Source of the DNA: Octopus vulgaris
Lineage: Eukaryota
Assembly (NCBI GenBank): GCA_951406725.2
Contig: OX597820.1
Coordinates: 72,292,001-72,356,000 of the forward strand
Direction: 5' to 3'
Length of the DNA stretch: 64,000 bases
Shown: positions 10,882 through 23,620 of the stretch, in pieces
Numbering within the stretch: position 1 is the stretch's first letter
Layout of the letters: each line of letters opens with the position of its first letter
Program-made: the position numbers and the translations under genes
The notes under the pieces: generated by a model
The model's input: the letters and a program-made list of their open reading frames with translations, nothing else
Databases searched by the model: none
What the model was told of the DNA's origin: nothing

Positions 10882-13208
10882 TCATCATCATCATCATCAT
10901 CATCGTTTAACGTCCGCTTTCCGCGCTAGCACGGGTTGGACGGTTCGACCGGGTCTGGGAAGCTAGGGGCCGCTCCAGGCTCCAGTCTGAATCTGGCAGA
11001 GTTTCTACGGCTGGATGCCCTTCCTAACGCCAACCACTCCGTGAGTGGATTGGGTGCTTTTTACGTGCCACCTGCACAGGGGCCGGAGGGTCCGGCATCG
11101 GTCACGATCGGTTCGAGCTTTTAACGTGTCAGCGGCACGGGGGCAACAAGGTCAGGGGTACTTTGGGGATCGGGGTACTTTGGGGATCGGGGTACTTTGG
11201 GGATCCAGGGTTCTTTGGGGATCCGGGGTACTTAGAATGGGTAGGGGGTATGTGGAATTGCTGCAGAAAGCAGCCCGGGTCTTTGTAGTCACAGCATATC
11301 TCCAGAGATCTCGGTCCTTCGCCATTGCCTCAGTGAGGCCCAATGCTCTGAGGTCATGCTTGACTACCTCATCCCATGTCTTCCTGGGTCTACCTCTCCC
11401 CCTGATACCTTCAACTGTTTGGGAGTGGCACTTCTTCACACATCTCTCTTCATCCATCCGCAGCACATGACCATACCATCGCAAGCGTCGCTCTTGCACA
11501 CCACATCTGATGCTTCTTATATCCAGCATTTCTCTCAGGATGCTTACACTCTGTCTTGCGTGCACACTGACACTACACATCCAGCGGATCATGCTAGCTT
11601 CATTTCTTTCAAGTCTACGCATGTCTTCTGCAGTCACAGCCCATGTTTAATTACCGTGAAGCATGGCAGTTCGCACACATGCATCATACAATCTACCTTT
11701 TGCTCTGAGGGAGAGACCTTTTGTTGCCAGTAGGGGTAGGAGCTTTCTGAACTTTGCCCAGGCTATTCGTATTCTAGTGGTGATACTCTCTGTGCATCCA
11801 CCTCCGCTACTAACTTGGTCACCCAGGTAGCGGAAACTATCAACTACTTCTAGTTTCTCTCCCTGGAGTGTGGTGGAATCTGTTTTCTGAGTGTCTGTTG
11901 TGTCTATTGTCCCTGTGCATCTGCCGCACATGAAAGCTATCTTATCTGTTAATTTCCCTTTAATGTTGCTGCACCTCTTATGTGTCCATAACTTACATTG
12001 GGTGCATCTTATGGAGTTTCTACCTGTACCTTTCCTACAGGTTGAGCAGGGCCACCTACCCGAGGGGGTGTGTGCTGAGTACCTCTTGCTGCTTACTAAT
12101 ACTTTGGTCTTTGCTACATTTATTCTAAGGCCCTTTGATTCCAACCCTTGCTTCCACACCCGAAATTTCTCTTCTAGTTCCGGTAGTGATTCTGCTATGA
12201 GAGCTAGGTCATCGGCATAGAGGAGCTCCCAGGGGCATCCCGTTTTGAATTCCTCTGTTATTGCCTGAAGGACTATGATGAATAAAAGGGGACTGAGGGC
12301 TGAGCCCTGGTGCACACCTACTTCTACCCGGAATTCTTCACTATATTCGTTGCCAATCCTAACCTTGCTGACAGCCTCTCTGTATAGAGCCTGTACAGCC
12401 CTTATTAGCCATTCTTCAATCTCCAGTTTCCGCATCGACCACCAGATAAGGGAACGGGGAACCCTGTCAAAGGCTTTCTCCAAGTCTACAAAAGCTATGT
12501 AGAGGGGTTTATCTTTAGCTAGGTACTTCTCCTGCAGTTGTCGGACCAGGAATATAGCATCAGTGGTGCTTCTACCTGGTACAAAACCGAACTGCATTTC
12601 ATCTAAACAAATTCTCTCCCTAATGAGATTGGTTATGACCTTCTCTGAGACCTTCATCACCTGGTCCAACAGTTTGATACCTCTGTAGTTATTTCTATCT
12701 AGAGCATCACCCTTACCCTTGTAGCAGTTGACTATGGTGCTGCTGCACCAGTCATTGGGTATGACTCCATTGTGAACTACCTGGTTTACAATGCGGGTGA
12801 CTATGGCATAGCCCACATAGCCAGCTGTTTTAAGCATCTCAGCAGTGATTCCTGATAGGCCAGGGGCTTTGCCTGGTTTCATATCCTTAATTGCCTTATC
12901 TCCAAGGGAGCTGTCTATTCGGGTAGCTGGTCCCTCTACTGGGTCAACATTTGGCAGGCTCTCCTCCTCCCATTCATTCTCCTCCTTCAGCAGTCTTTCA
13001 TAATGGCTTCTCCAAGCCTCTTTCTTTTCACTAGTAGTAAAAGCAAGTGCCCCATCATCCATGCGGACACATTTCTCTCCTATAACATCGCTATTTTCTC
13101 TGACACACTGACTGGCAATCCGAAATACTTCAGCTCTTTGATCCTCGCGACGCTGGACATTGGCAAACTTCTTCTTTTCTGCTACATCTTTGGCAATGTA
13201 TACCTGCC

Positions 13209-13210
<2 letters not shown>
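10882..13210 (-). mobile_element. 5'-truncated RTE-clade LINE
   Basis: RT ORF followed by 3' UTR and (ATG)n tail, seen as (CAT)n at 10882-10903; 5' end stops at a (TA)n run. Confidence 0.95.
11152..13062 (-). pseudogene. RTE ORF2 reverse transcriptase with one in-frame stop at 11647-11649
   Basis: NYRGIKLL, QFGFVPGRSTTD, FVDLEKAFDRV, GVHQGSALSPLLF, LLYADD, FRYLG. ORFs 11647-13062 and 11152-11637 are in the same frame and include RRLRWYGHVLRM and GRGRPRKTW. Confidence 0.95.
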
Positions 13211-13257
<47 letters not shown>

Positions 13258-13289
13258 CTGTATATGTATGTATGTATATGTGTATAAGT

Positions 13290-13539
13290 AGAAGTTAAAG
13301 TAGAAGAATTAAAGTTCAGAAAGTAGGTGAGAAAAACAGCACCATGACACAAGTCACTCTGCTAGGAATTTTGGGATGTAGATTCAACTTCGAATGCAAA
13401 ATATCGCTGATGATGCCTGGTAGCCATAAGTAGTGAACATGCTCTGCATACACACTACCTAGTATTTACCCTCAAACAAGGTTTGGATACTGCAATTAAC
13501 ACCTACTTTCTAAACTTTAATTCTTCTACTTTAACTTCT
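13290..13539. mobile_element. 250-bp insert with 40-bp terminal inverted repeats (possible Penelope-like remnant)
   Basis: AGAAGTTAAAGTAGAAGAATTAAAGTTCAGAAAGTAGGTG at 13290-13329 is inverted at 13500-13539 with one mismatch. Confidence 0.7.
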
Positions 13540-14232
13540 TGAAATACTAAAGACTAAATTTATTCAATAAAATCGCCATTGGCTTCAATCATGGCCTCCA
13601 GACAACTTCGTAATCTGTTGTAACTCTTCTGGATGGTCTCCTTGTTTAAGTTGGTGAATGCTACCATAATCCTTGCCTTCAGTTCATCTTTGGCGTTACA
13701 AGGAGTTTTGTTGGTCTCCTGCTCAATTGCGCTCCACACATAATAATGAAGGGGGTTGCAGTCAGGGGACTTAGATGGCCAGACGTTAAGGGTCATGTGG
13801 TTGCAGAAATTGTCTGACTGTAATGACTGGGTTCTCTTGTTTGTGTGGCATGGTGCAGAGTCCTGTTGCCAGACATAGGGTCTTCCAGTAGCCACCCACT
13901 TGACCCAGGGTAGCACAACCTCCTCCAGGCACTTGATGTAGGCCTCTGTGTTGAGTGTGAGGTCATATGGGAAGATGAATGGAGGCATAACGTTGCCATC
14001 ACTAGTGATCACTCTAAACACCATGAAGTTGACTGGATGTTTGTACATGTTTGGGGGACATAGCAAACACTCAGATTGACACCCAAAGACTCGGAAATGC
14101 AGTGCAGCATGTCATTTCCAAATTTCTGGCAGAATGAATTGAGTTATGGTGTTGTTTTTCTCACAGATGGTGCCCAACTGATCCTACTATACTGTTTAGT
14201 TGACAAAATCAAAAACAAACAATGCACATGCA

Positions 14233-14233
<1 letters not shown>
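13540..14233 (-). mobile_element. maT (DD37D) transposon remnant
   Basis: ORF 13560-14066: WQQDSAPCHT...SPDCNPL(H), with 37 residues between the second Asp and the third catalytic position. Confidence 0.9.
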
Positions 14234-14326
<93 letters not shown>

Positions 14327-14653
14327 TGTATATACACAATGGGTTCCAGGCTTTAAAAAGAAAATAAGTCCTGGGGTCAAATTGTTTGACTAAATCCCTT
14401 CAAAGAGGTGCCCCAGCATGGCTGCAGTTCAGTGAAAGAAACAAGTAAAAGTTAAAAGGTAATCTAAAGCTTCTGTAGCCATTATATGTAGTCAATACAA
14501 CCAAGTTTTAATGGCTTTCCTTTGGATAATCAACTCTGTGTCTTGTATCATAAAACTTTCAAAAACTCAAAGATAATCAAATATGTTACAAAGTCTTCAA
14601 AAATTTCTGTTTCCTTTTATACTGGTTATATTACTTTAAAAATCTATTTATTC

Positions 14654-14705
<52 letters not shown>

Positions 14706-14722
14706 ATTATTATTATTTTTAT

Positions 14723-15251
14723 TGAGTGAGAGAACAGTGCATGCCAAAAAAGTGACACTGGGTTAAAATATATGAAGCCCAGTATACCCATCATGACAAC
14801 CTGTCTGATTAGGGTACACTAGGCACATGCATCACAACCATGTGTGTGCAACATGGTGATCTCATATCAAGATAAACAGCACATGACCTTGCTGGTGGGG
14901 CCCAGTTAGAATTTTCTTCTGGTCGAGTAACCCATTTCGCTCAAAAGGTCCCTGAATAAGGGTTGTTTAGGGATGTTGAATGAAACACCCATGTTTCCAG
15001 AGGTGAATTATTCAAACCCCAAAGAATCCCTCTCAACACATAGCTATGATGCTCCCCCACTACTTCTACTCGTGATCAGAGATGCACATATCGCCAGTCA
15101 CTAAGGGTCATGCTCAACTGGTTACGGTCAAACAACTGACAAGCAAATCTGTGTGCTATAGCCCATCTTTCATACCAAGACAAAACAATGTACATGATAA
15201 CACTTCCAATCAGTTAAGATCAGAAGCCACGAGAGCCACTGCTTGGTACTG

Positions 15252-15253
<2 letters not shown>
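14723..15253. repeat. About 530-bp interspersed repeat embedded in (TTA)n, copy 1
   Basis: Colinear with 18545-19080; both copies flanked by TTA-type runs. Confidence 0.85.
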
Positions 15254-15313
<60 letters not shown>

Positions 15314-15314
<1 letters not shown>

Positions 15315-15926
15315 GATTACAGTTTTATTGTCTTTGCACAGCTTCTAACGCTGGAGATGTACTACAGTACATTATTTACATTATTTACATTTGACAGATA
15401 CTTGTCCTCATCTTGTTTGTTGTCCATCAAATGTAAATAATGTACATAATTCCTCATCTCTTAAATATAGAACTGTATGTACTACAGTGTCAGCTGTTCA
15501 CTACTACTGAACTAAGGTAACACCCCTTATTTTTCAAGCACACTCTGGAGTATTCGAGCAGTTCCAAGCAGTGCTGTTTTCTGCAAGTGCTCCACCCTTA
15601 TTGCAGCCCCTGTTTGATCCATGTACTTCTCAAGATTTTCACTCACTGTTTCCAGAGTTCTGACAATTATTTGTACTACTACCACCTTTTTCAGTGACCA
15701 CAACTGCTAAACCTCCCAATATCAACCTATTATATCTATTGACTTTTCTCTCTTCCTTATCACATACCTTGTTGTCAGCTGGGCATGATATATTTATCAT
15801 CCAGCATTGTTTGCTTTCTTACTCAATTAACACTATGTCTGGTTTCCTATTCTCTATCTTATGGTCACACCAAATCATAAAATCCCGTAGGATCTTTGCA
15901 TTATCATTTTTGATGATACCTTCGAG
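15314..15926 (-). mobile_element. R4/Dong-like non-LTR retrotransposon 3' remnant (restriction-like endonuclease)
   Basis: Manual translation: KILRDFMIWCDHKIENRKPDIVLIE*...DKEERKVNRY...EHLQKTALLGTARILQSVLEK*; abuts (TAA)n at its 3' end. Confidence 0.85.
15369..15476. mobile_element. 108-bp Penelope-like remnant with 12-bp TSD
   Basis: ATGTACTACAGT at 15357-15368 and 15477-15488; insert has inverted arms ACATTATTTACATTTGA / TCAAATGTAAATAATGT. Confidence 0.75.
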
Positions 15927-15952
15927 TTAATGTTCATACTACTTTTTTGCTC

Positions 15953-15988
<36 letters not shown>

Positions 15989-16150
15989 ATTATTTTATTA
16001 TTATTTTTTGTTGTTGTTGTTTTGCATTAGGAATAGCATTCAGCCAGACAAACCATATGAAATAGACACTGAAGCACAATGCAGTCCTTCTCAAACCATC
16101 CAACCCAAACCACCATAGAATATCATCATCATCATCATCATCATCATTTA

Positions 16151-16315
16151 GGCGTAGGAGTGGCTGTGTGGTGAGTAGCTTGCTTAAGAACCACATGGTT
16201 CTGGGCGCAATCTCACTCCGTGGCACCTTGGGCAAGCGTCTTCTACTATTGCCTCAGTCCGACCAAAGCCTTGTGAGTGGATTTGGTAGACAGAAACTGA
16301 AAGAAGCCCGTCATA

Positions 16316-16372
<57 letters not shown>

Positions 16373-16607
16373 ATGTGTGTGTATGTTAGTGTGTCTGTGT
16401 TTGTCCCCCCAACATTGCTTGACAACCGATGCTGGTGTGTTTACCTCCCCACAACTTAGCGGTTCAGCAAAATAGACCAATAGAATAAGTACTAGGCTCA
16501 CAAAGAATAAGTTCTGGGGTTGATTTGCTCGATTAAAGGCGGTGCTCCAGCATGGCCACAGTTAAATGACTGAAACAAGTAAAAGAGTAAAAGAATAAAG
16601 AGTAAGA
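16151..16607 (+). mobile_element. Full-length tRNA-derived SINE (family A)
   Basis: A box TGGCTGTGTGG, internal (TA)n(TG)n, tail GAAACAAGTAAAAGAG; many copies in the window. Confidence 0.9.
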
Positions 16608-18544
16608 GTTTCTTTTCCTTGCTTTCATGGGTTGGAAAGTTTGACAGGAGCTGGAAAGGTGGAGAGCTGCACCCGACTCCAATTGAATTTTTTTGTATGA
16701 TTTCTACAGCTGGATGCCCTCCCTAATGCCAACAGTTTTACTGAGCATACTGGGTGCTTTTTACATGGCACCAGCACAGGGGCCTTTTATGTGGCATCAG
16801 AACTGGTGATTTTCATGACAACAGCATGAGTGCTTTTTATAAGGCACCAGCACAGGTGTATTTTGCATGGCAATGACATGGACATTAAATAATGACGATA
16901 ATGATGATGATGATGATGATGATGATTAGTTTGTCTATATTAACAGAAAGTCTTACATGAAAATGAAATGAAACTCGACAGCCCCAACCAAGATGAAAAC
17001 ACTTTGCAGAAACAATATTTTTTAATATCGAAAATTATTTAACCTAGATAATATTGTCCAGGGTTTTTCATGTGAATTAAAGTTTGATGGAAAAGTTTGT
17101 AAAAGCTACAAGTTTCAATAGAAATGCTTTCAAATATATAATGAGAAAAATGAAAATAAAATTATGCAATTTTTTTTAGATGAACAACATTGGTGGTTTA
17201 CTGAGTTTATTTTATTTGTGATGCACTTTGAAGTAAATAGAAGTATTTTGGTGCACTTTGTTCATGAAGTAAAAAAAAATGTATGAAAAATGGTATTTAT
17301 ATATTTTAGTATATAAATGTAAATAATTTAAGCTACATTATTAAGTATTTACTTCTGTATTCAATAATGAAGCATAGTTCACAAGATTTCATATTCATTA
17401 TTTTGGTTTATATTGTTCACATTTTTAAACATGATTTTGGTTTGGCCTTAAGTTTGTATCCTTTCAGTTTCTCATAAATTTGTTCCAGCCTGGAACCAAT
17501 GTTTGCTGTCAGTAAATAATATTGACTGGTTTCTGATAAAGGAAGCAAAACTTTCTAATCAACTCAGAGTTACCTCTCTTGGTATCTAGTGCTGAAGAGA
17601 ACTAATGAATTTGAAATGCATCCATCAGTCCAAAAGAAGGTGTGTTAACTGACTTTGGTGCTGTAATACCTTTTGATCTTAACCAAAAGGTATTTCTACA
17701 TGACAAACTGCAGTGAAATATTTCCCAAGCATATTTGAACAAGCCTTAAGTTTATATTCTATCTTTTTCACTATTTCATGCATCTACTCACAAATAATTT
17801 TATTATACATGTGGCAGTCATCCAACTGTTGATTTAATCAACTAAACTCCTTCTGCCAAATTTGTGGTCTTATGTCTCTAACAAAAATTTCAACATATAT
17901 TTTCTTGACACACCTAGATATAACTTGTAGCACACAAGTGTGCCTTTTACTCCATTTGGGGAGCACTGTACCAGAAATACAGAAAGGAATTCTTCATGAA
18001 AGGTAGAGAAAATTCTAAAATTAATAAAACTAAGAACAGAAGCTTTTAGTTCTGAGAGATGTCATGAGTGTGCTATCACAATATAAAATTTCTTGAAAGC
18101 TTATAACAAAATGGCTATAAAAAGAATGCTATTAAAAATTCATATAGTGCATTCCCATCTTGACACATCCCCACCGCCAATATGGAAATGCTAGTGATAA
18201 GCTTGAACAAAGATTATATCATAATATTATTTTGATGCAATGCCAATGTGAAGGAGGATATAATCCAAATATGATGGGTAATTCTTGTTAGTGAAACAAT
18301 AAACTAATGCACAAAAGCAAAGTGAACATTCAGTTAAATTGTTTCAATGTTTTACCAGGGATTTTTATTTCACCTGTCTCCATGTTCTGAGTTCAAATTC
18401 CACCAAGAATGACTTTGCCTTTCATCCTTTTGGGGTTGATAAATAAGCACCAGTTGAATATTGAGATCGATGGCATCAACAAGCCTCTTTTCACCCAAAT
18501 TTCGAGCCTTAAGCCTATAGTAGAAATGATTATTATCATTATTA

Positions 18545-19080
18545 AGAGCAACACATGCCAGAAAAGTGACACTGTGGTACAAATATACGAAGTCCAGTAT
18601 ACCCATCATGACTAACTGCCTGATAAGGGTACACCAAGCACATGCATCACAACCATATGTTCAGGACATGATGATCTCATATCAAAATAAACAGTGCATG
18701 ACTTTACAGATGGGGCCCAGTTAAAATTTTTCTCGGGTTGACTAACCCATCCTGCTCAAAAGGACCCTGAATAAGACTTGCTTAAGGATGACAAATGAAA
18801 CACCTGTGTTTCCAGAGGTGAATTATCCAAACCCCAAAGAATTCCTCTCAACATATGGCTATCATGCTCCCCACCTACTTCTGCTCATGATCAGGAATGC
18901 ATATATCATAAGCCACAAAGGGACATGCTCAGCTGCTTAAGGTCAAGCAATAAACAAGCAAATCTGTGGTGATATTGAGCAGAATATTTGCTGCAGTCCA
19001 TCTTTTATACCAAGACAAAACAATGTACATGATGACACTTCCAATCAGTTAAGATCGAGAGCATGACAGCCACTGCCTGC
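18545..19080. repeat. About 530-bp interspersed repeat, copy 2
   Basis: Colinear with 14723-15253. Confidence 0.85.
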
Positions 19081-19618
19081 TTATTACTATTATCATTATT
19101 ATCATTATTATTAAGGCCTTGAGCTAGCAGAATAGCTAGCATGCCGGGAAAAAATGCTTATCAGCATTTCATCCATTTTCATGTTCTGAGTTCAAATCCC
19201 GCTGAAGTCGACTTTGCCTTTCATCCTTTCAGGGTTGTTGAAATAAGTACCAGTTGAGTACTGACTTACCGTCACCCCTCAAAATTGCTGGCCTTGTGCC
19301 AAAATTTGAAATTACTATCATTATCTTTTAGGGGTCAATAAATTAAGTACCAGTGAAACACAGGGGGCTTATGTAATCAACCAGTCCCCTCCCACCAAAT
19401 TTCGGGCCTTCTGCCTTTAGTAGAAAGGGTTATTATTATTGTTCTTATTATTTTATTAGTCTCTTTTGCCAAACCACCATGTTACAAGGACATAAGCAAA
19501 CTATCACCAGTTGTCAAGTGAGGGGACAAACATGGAGACATACACACACACACATGCATACATCAAAACGTACATATATATATATATACATACATACATA
19601 CATACATACATACATACA

Positions 19619-19708
<90 letters not shown>

Positions 19709-19711
19709 CAC

Positions 19712-20035
19712 ACAAAATGGGACAACAAAACATCCAGATAGACGATAAAAAGAAAACAAGGATGGGTCATTTAAAGTTTTCTTTCCTCAGTCAAGTACCA
19801 GATTATCTTTGCAATTTCGGCTGATTATATTTGAGATTGCTCCAATCTGGCCAGCCCCAAGGAAAAACTAAGCTAAGAACCTTAGATTCCTTCTATACAA
19901 AAACGAATGTATACAAAAACAAGGACGGAAGAAAACGGACACTGTTACTTAATTACAATAAAAATAATAACAAGACATAACAACAGGTGTCTTTTGACTA
20001 AGGACACATTAAATTAAGCTGGCGTATCCGGCAGG
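19712..20035. repeat. Interspersed repeat, unclassified
   Basis: ACAAAATGGGACAA...CCAGATTATCTTTGCAATTTCGGCTG also at 39273-39432; a related inverted copy lies near 37340-37670. Confidence 0.7.
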
Positions 20036-20100
20036 GATACAAGATTTCACTTCACTGTGTCCCTAACCCCAAGATTCCAAGTTCGATTCCAGGCAGTGAT

Positions 20101-20103
<3 letters not shown>

Positions 20104-20183
<80 letters not shown>

Positions 20184-20198
20184 CAACAACAACAACAA
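20104..20198. repeat. (TAA)n(CAA)n microsatellite
   Basis: Direct reading. Confidence 0.95.
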
Positions 20199-20756
20199 TT
20201 ACATTGAAAAATACCTTAGGAATGAGAACCCAGGTTTGAAATTTTGTCCAAGACACCTGATGAAAGCTGGAAATGTATTAACAACAAACAAGATGAAGAC
20301 AAATATGCATCAAATTAAATAATGTAAATAATGTTTATTTGTATATCCAGCAATTCCAGTTGCTACCTGTGAACTATAAAATAACTTTTTTCACCTCATC
20401 GTACTTTGATATGGGAAAAATTCACAATCTTTTGTGCCACACAAATAAACCACAATTGTTCCTGAAAGTTGTCTTTATATTTTCTATGGCTTGTTTGAAG
20501 CTCACTAACTCCCTATACTTTGATCCTTGGATCCTAACTTTGCATATATGCATAATATATAAATACATATATATAGGGAATTTAATTATAATTACTATGA
20601 TTATAATTTTTTCTAACATATTTGTATTGTCTTTCAAAACATGCGTATGTATTGAATCCAATTTTGTATTAAATCTAATTTTGATTCAACATCTTTTTCC
20701 TCCATTTTTTAATACTTGTTTATGATATATTTATACCTATAACAAAATGCTTCAAC

Positions 20757-20826
<70 letters not shown>

Positions 20827-20841
20827 TATGTATATATATGT

Positions 20842-22410
20842 ATCATCATCATCATCATTGTTTAATGTAGATCTTCCATGCATCATGGGTAGGATGGTTG
20901 ACAGAAGCTGGCCAAGTAGAAAAACTACCTGAGGCTACTGTGTCTGATTTGGTAGGGATTTTACGACTGGATGCCTTTCCTAACACCAACCACTCCGTAA
21001 AGTGGACTCAGTGCTTTTTATGTGGCACTAACACAGGCGAGGTTAGTTTTGGCATGATTTTTTCAGCTGGATGCCCTTCCAGATGCCAACCATGTTACAG
21101 TGTGGACTGAATGCTTTTAAGATGGCACCAGCACTGGTATGGTAACCAAGTAACTCACAAGACAAAAGGAATTATGAGACAGGCAGGGCATTTGAGGAGG
21201 GGAACTTGTGTCAGAAGATGGAAGGTTAGAGTGTGATAGAGAGACAGAATCAGAAACAAGTGTCTTGCTACAAAAGAGGGGCCATTAGAGGTGATTCACT
21301 ATCAAATGATGAAAGGTTAGAGTGTAACAGAGAAATAGAGAGGCAGAAATAGGTGTCTTGCTATAGAGGAGGTACATAGTTACCCAGGGAGAGAGAGGGG
21401 AAAAAAGAAAGAGAGAAGATAGAGAATGAGAGAGAGAGGTACAAGAAAGAGGCCAGAAACAAGAGTGCTCATGTGAAGGTGATACTTAATTACCTAGTCA
21501 GAGGAAAAACAAGAAAAGGGAGATAGTGACCAAAGGGAAATGAGAGAAAGAGAGAGAGAGAGAGTAGGAAGAGCAGGAAACAGCAAAAGTGTAAGGGAGA
21601 GCAGAAGAGAGATGGATTAGTGCTAGGGTATACTCACAAGTAAGAAGGATCTGAGCACAGAACCTGGGTAGAAAAATAGGGTGTGGGTGTTGGAGGTCTG
21701 GAGAGCAGCAATTCAGTGAGCGTGACAGTGAGGGCAAGAAAGGGGATTGGGAAACAATCATAATTTATGAAGAGGAATGTGAGGAAGAGAAAGATGCAGT
21801 TAGAAGAGGAGTTATGAGTTCAGTTTTTTAGGGTAGAGTGGGTGAAAAGTTTGTTACATGTGGGTTGGACACAACTCAGTTTTGTGGACAGGTCTTCTCT
21901 AGAACCTCATATCACCAAACATCTCAGTCCCCTGTCATTTCCTCCATGAACCCTAACATCCTAAGATCAGTCCTCACCACTTCATCTCATGTCTTCCTGG
22001 GTCTCCTTTTTCCACTTTCAATGACAGGCACTTCTGTATACAGCTGTCTTTCTTCATACGCATCACATGTCCAAACCAACACATTTTCCTCTCCAGCACA
22101 TCACATTTAATCCCTCTCATATCTAACATTTCTCTCAACACAGTTGTGCTTTGTCTCTCATGCACACTGATGTTGCAAACCCAATGGAGCATACTACCTT
22201 CATTCCCCTCCAGCTTACGCATGTTCTCCACAGTTAGAGCCCATGTCTCACTACCATGTAACACAGCCATTCTCACACAAGCATCATACAATCTACCTTT
22301 CACTCTGCGAGAGAGTCCTTTTGCTGCCAACAGAGGTAGTAGTTCTCTGGACTACCTCCATCCTATTCTTATTCTAGAAACAATACTTTCAGAGCATCCA
22401 CCACCAAGGC
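20842..22410 (-). mobile_element. Old RTE LINE 3' portion with long pyrimidine-rich 3' UTR
   Basis: ORF 21974-22330 KGRLYDACVRMAVLHGSETWAL...CWFGHVMRM; (CAT)n tail near 20842; GA-rich 21170-21830 resembles the reverse complement of 40400-40800. Confidence 0.8.
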
Positions 22411-22539
22411 TTAAAATATACTCATGACATGGAATTTTAATGGGAAATTAAATATTGGGAATATGGTGTGGAACCAATAAGGACTTAAATATATATTATT
22501 TTTTCCAATGTCATTAAAAGAGAAATTTAAAATTCAAAA

Positions 22540-23620
22540 TCTTTTCTACTCTAGGCACAAGGCCTGAAAGTTTTTGGGAGAGGGGCTAGTTGATTAGATT
22601 GACCACAGTATGCAACTGGTACTTAATTTATTGACTCTGAAAGGGTGAAAGGCAAAGTCGACCTCAGAGGAATTTGAACTCAAGAACATAAAGACAAACG
22701 AAATACCTATTTCTTTACTACCCACAAGGGACTAAACACAGAGAGGACAAACAAGGACAGACAAATGGATTAAGTCGATTACATCGACCCCAGTGCATAA
22801 CTGGTACTTAATTTATCGACTCTGAAAGGGTGAAAGGCAAAGTCGAACTCAGAGGAATTTGAACTCAGAACATAATGACAAATGAAATTCCTATCGCTAA
22901 GCATCTCGCCTGGTGTGTTAACGATTCTGTCAGGTCGCTTCCGTATCTTCATGAAGATATTCTTTTCTACTCTAGGTACAAGGCCTGAAATTTTGGGGGA
23001 GGGGGCTAGTCAATTAGATCGACCCCAATATGTAACTGGTACTTAATTTATCGACCCCACCCCCGAAAAAATGAAAGGCAAAGTCAATCATCATCATCAT
23101 CATCATCTTCGTTTAGCGTCCACTTTCCATGCTAGCATGGGTTGGACGGTTCAACTGGGGTCTGGGAAGCCAGAAGGCTGCACCAGGCCCAGTCTGATCT
23201 GGCAATGTTTCTACGGCTGGATTCCCTTCCTAATGCCAACCACTTCGTGAGTGTAGTGGGTGCTTTTTACGTGCCACCAGCACAGGTGCCAGATGAGGCT
23301 GGCAAACGGCCACAATCGGATGGTGCATTTTACATGCCACCGGCACGGGGGCCAGGCAAGGCTGGCAATGGCCACAATCGGATGGTGCTTTTTACGTGCC
23401 ACTGGCACGAGGCCAGTCGGGTTGGCGCTGGCAACAGCCACGTTCAGATGGTTCTCTTACGTACCACCGGCACTGGTATCACAGCTGCAATTTCCATTGA
23501 TGTTGATTGATTGAACGATATAGAATCTCAGCGGAATTTGAACTCAGACTGTAAAGACAAAACGAAATACTGCTAAGCATTTTGCACAGCATGCTAACAT
23601 TTCTGCCAGCTCACCACCTT
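22540..23620 (-). mobile_element. Cluster of family C SINEs; the last is interrupted by an RTE 3' UTR (about 23087-23525)
   Basis: Repeated ACTGGTACTTAATTTATCGAC...GAAAGGCAAAGTCGA cores; the SINE resumes at TCTCAGCGGAATTTGAACTCAG after the insert. Confidence 0.85.

Noticed and set aside
19780-19870. GGCTG...CAGCC-GAAA-TTGCAA on the minus strand as a hammerhead
   Set aside because: No CUGANGA upstream of the stem and no NUH site.
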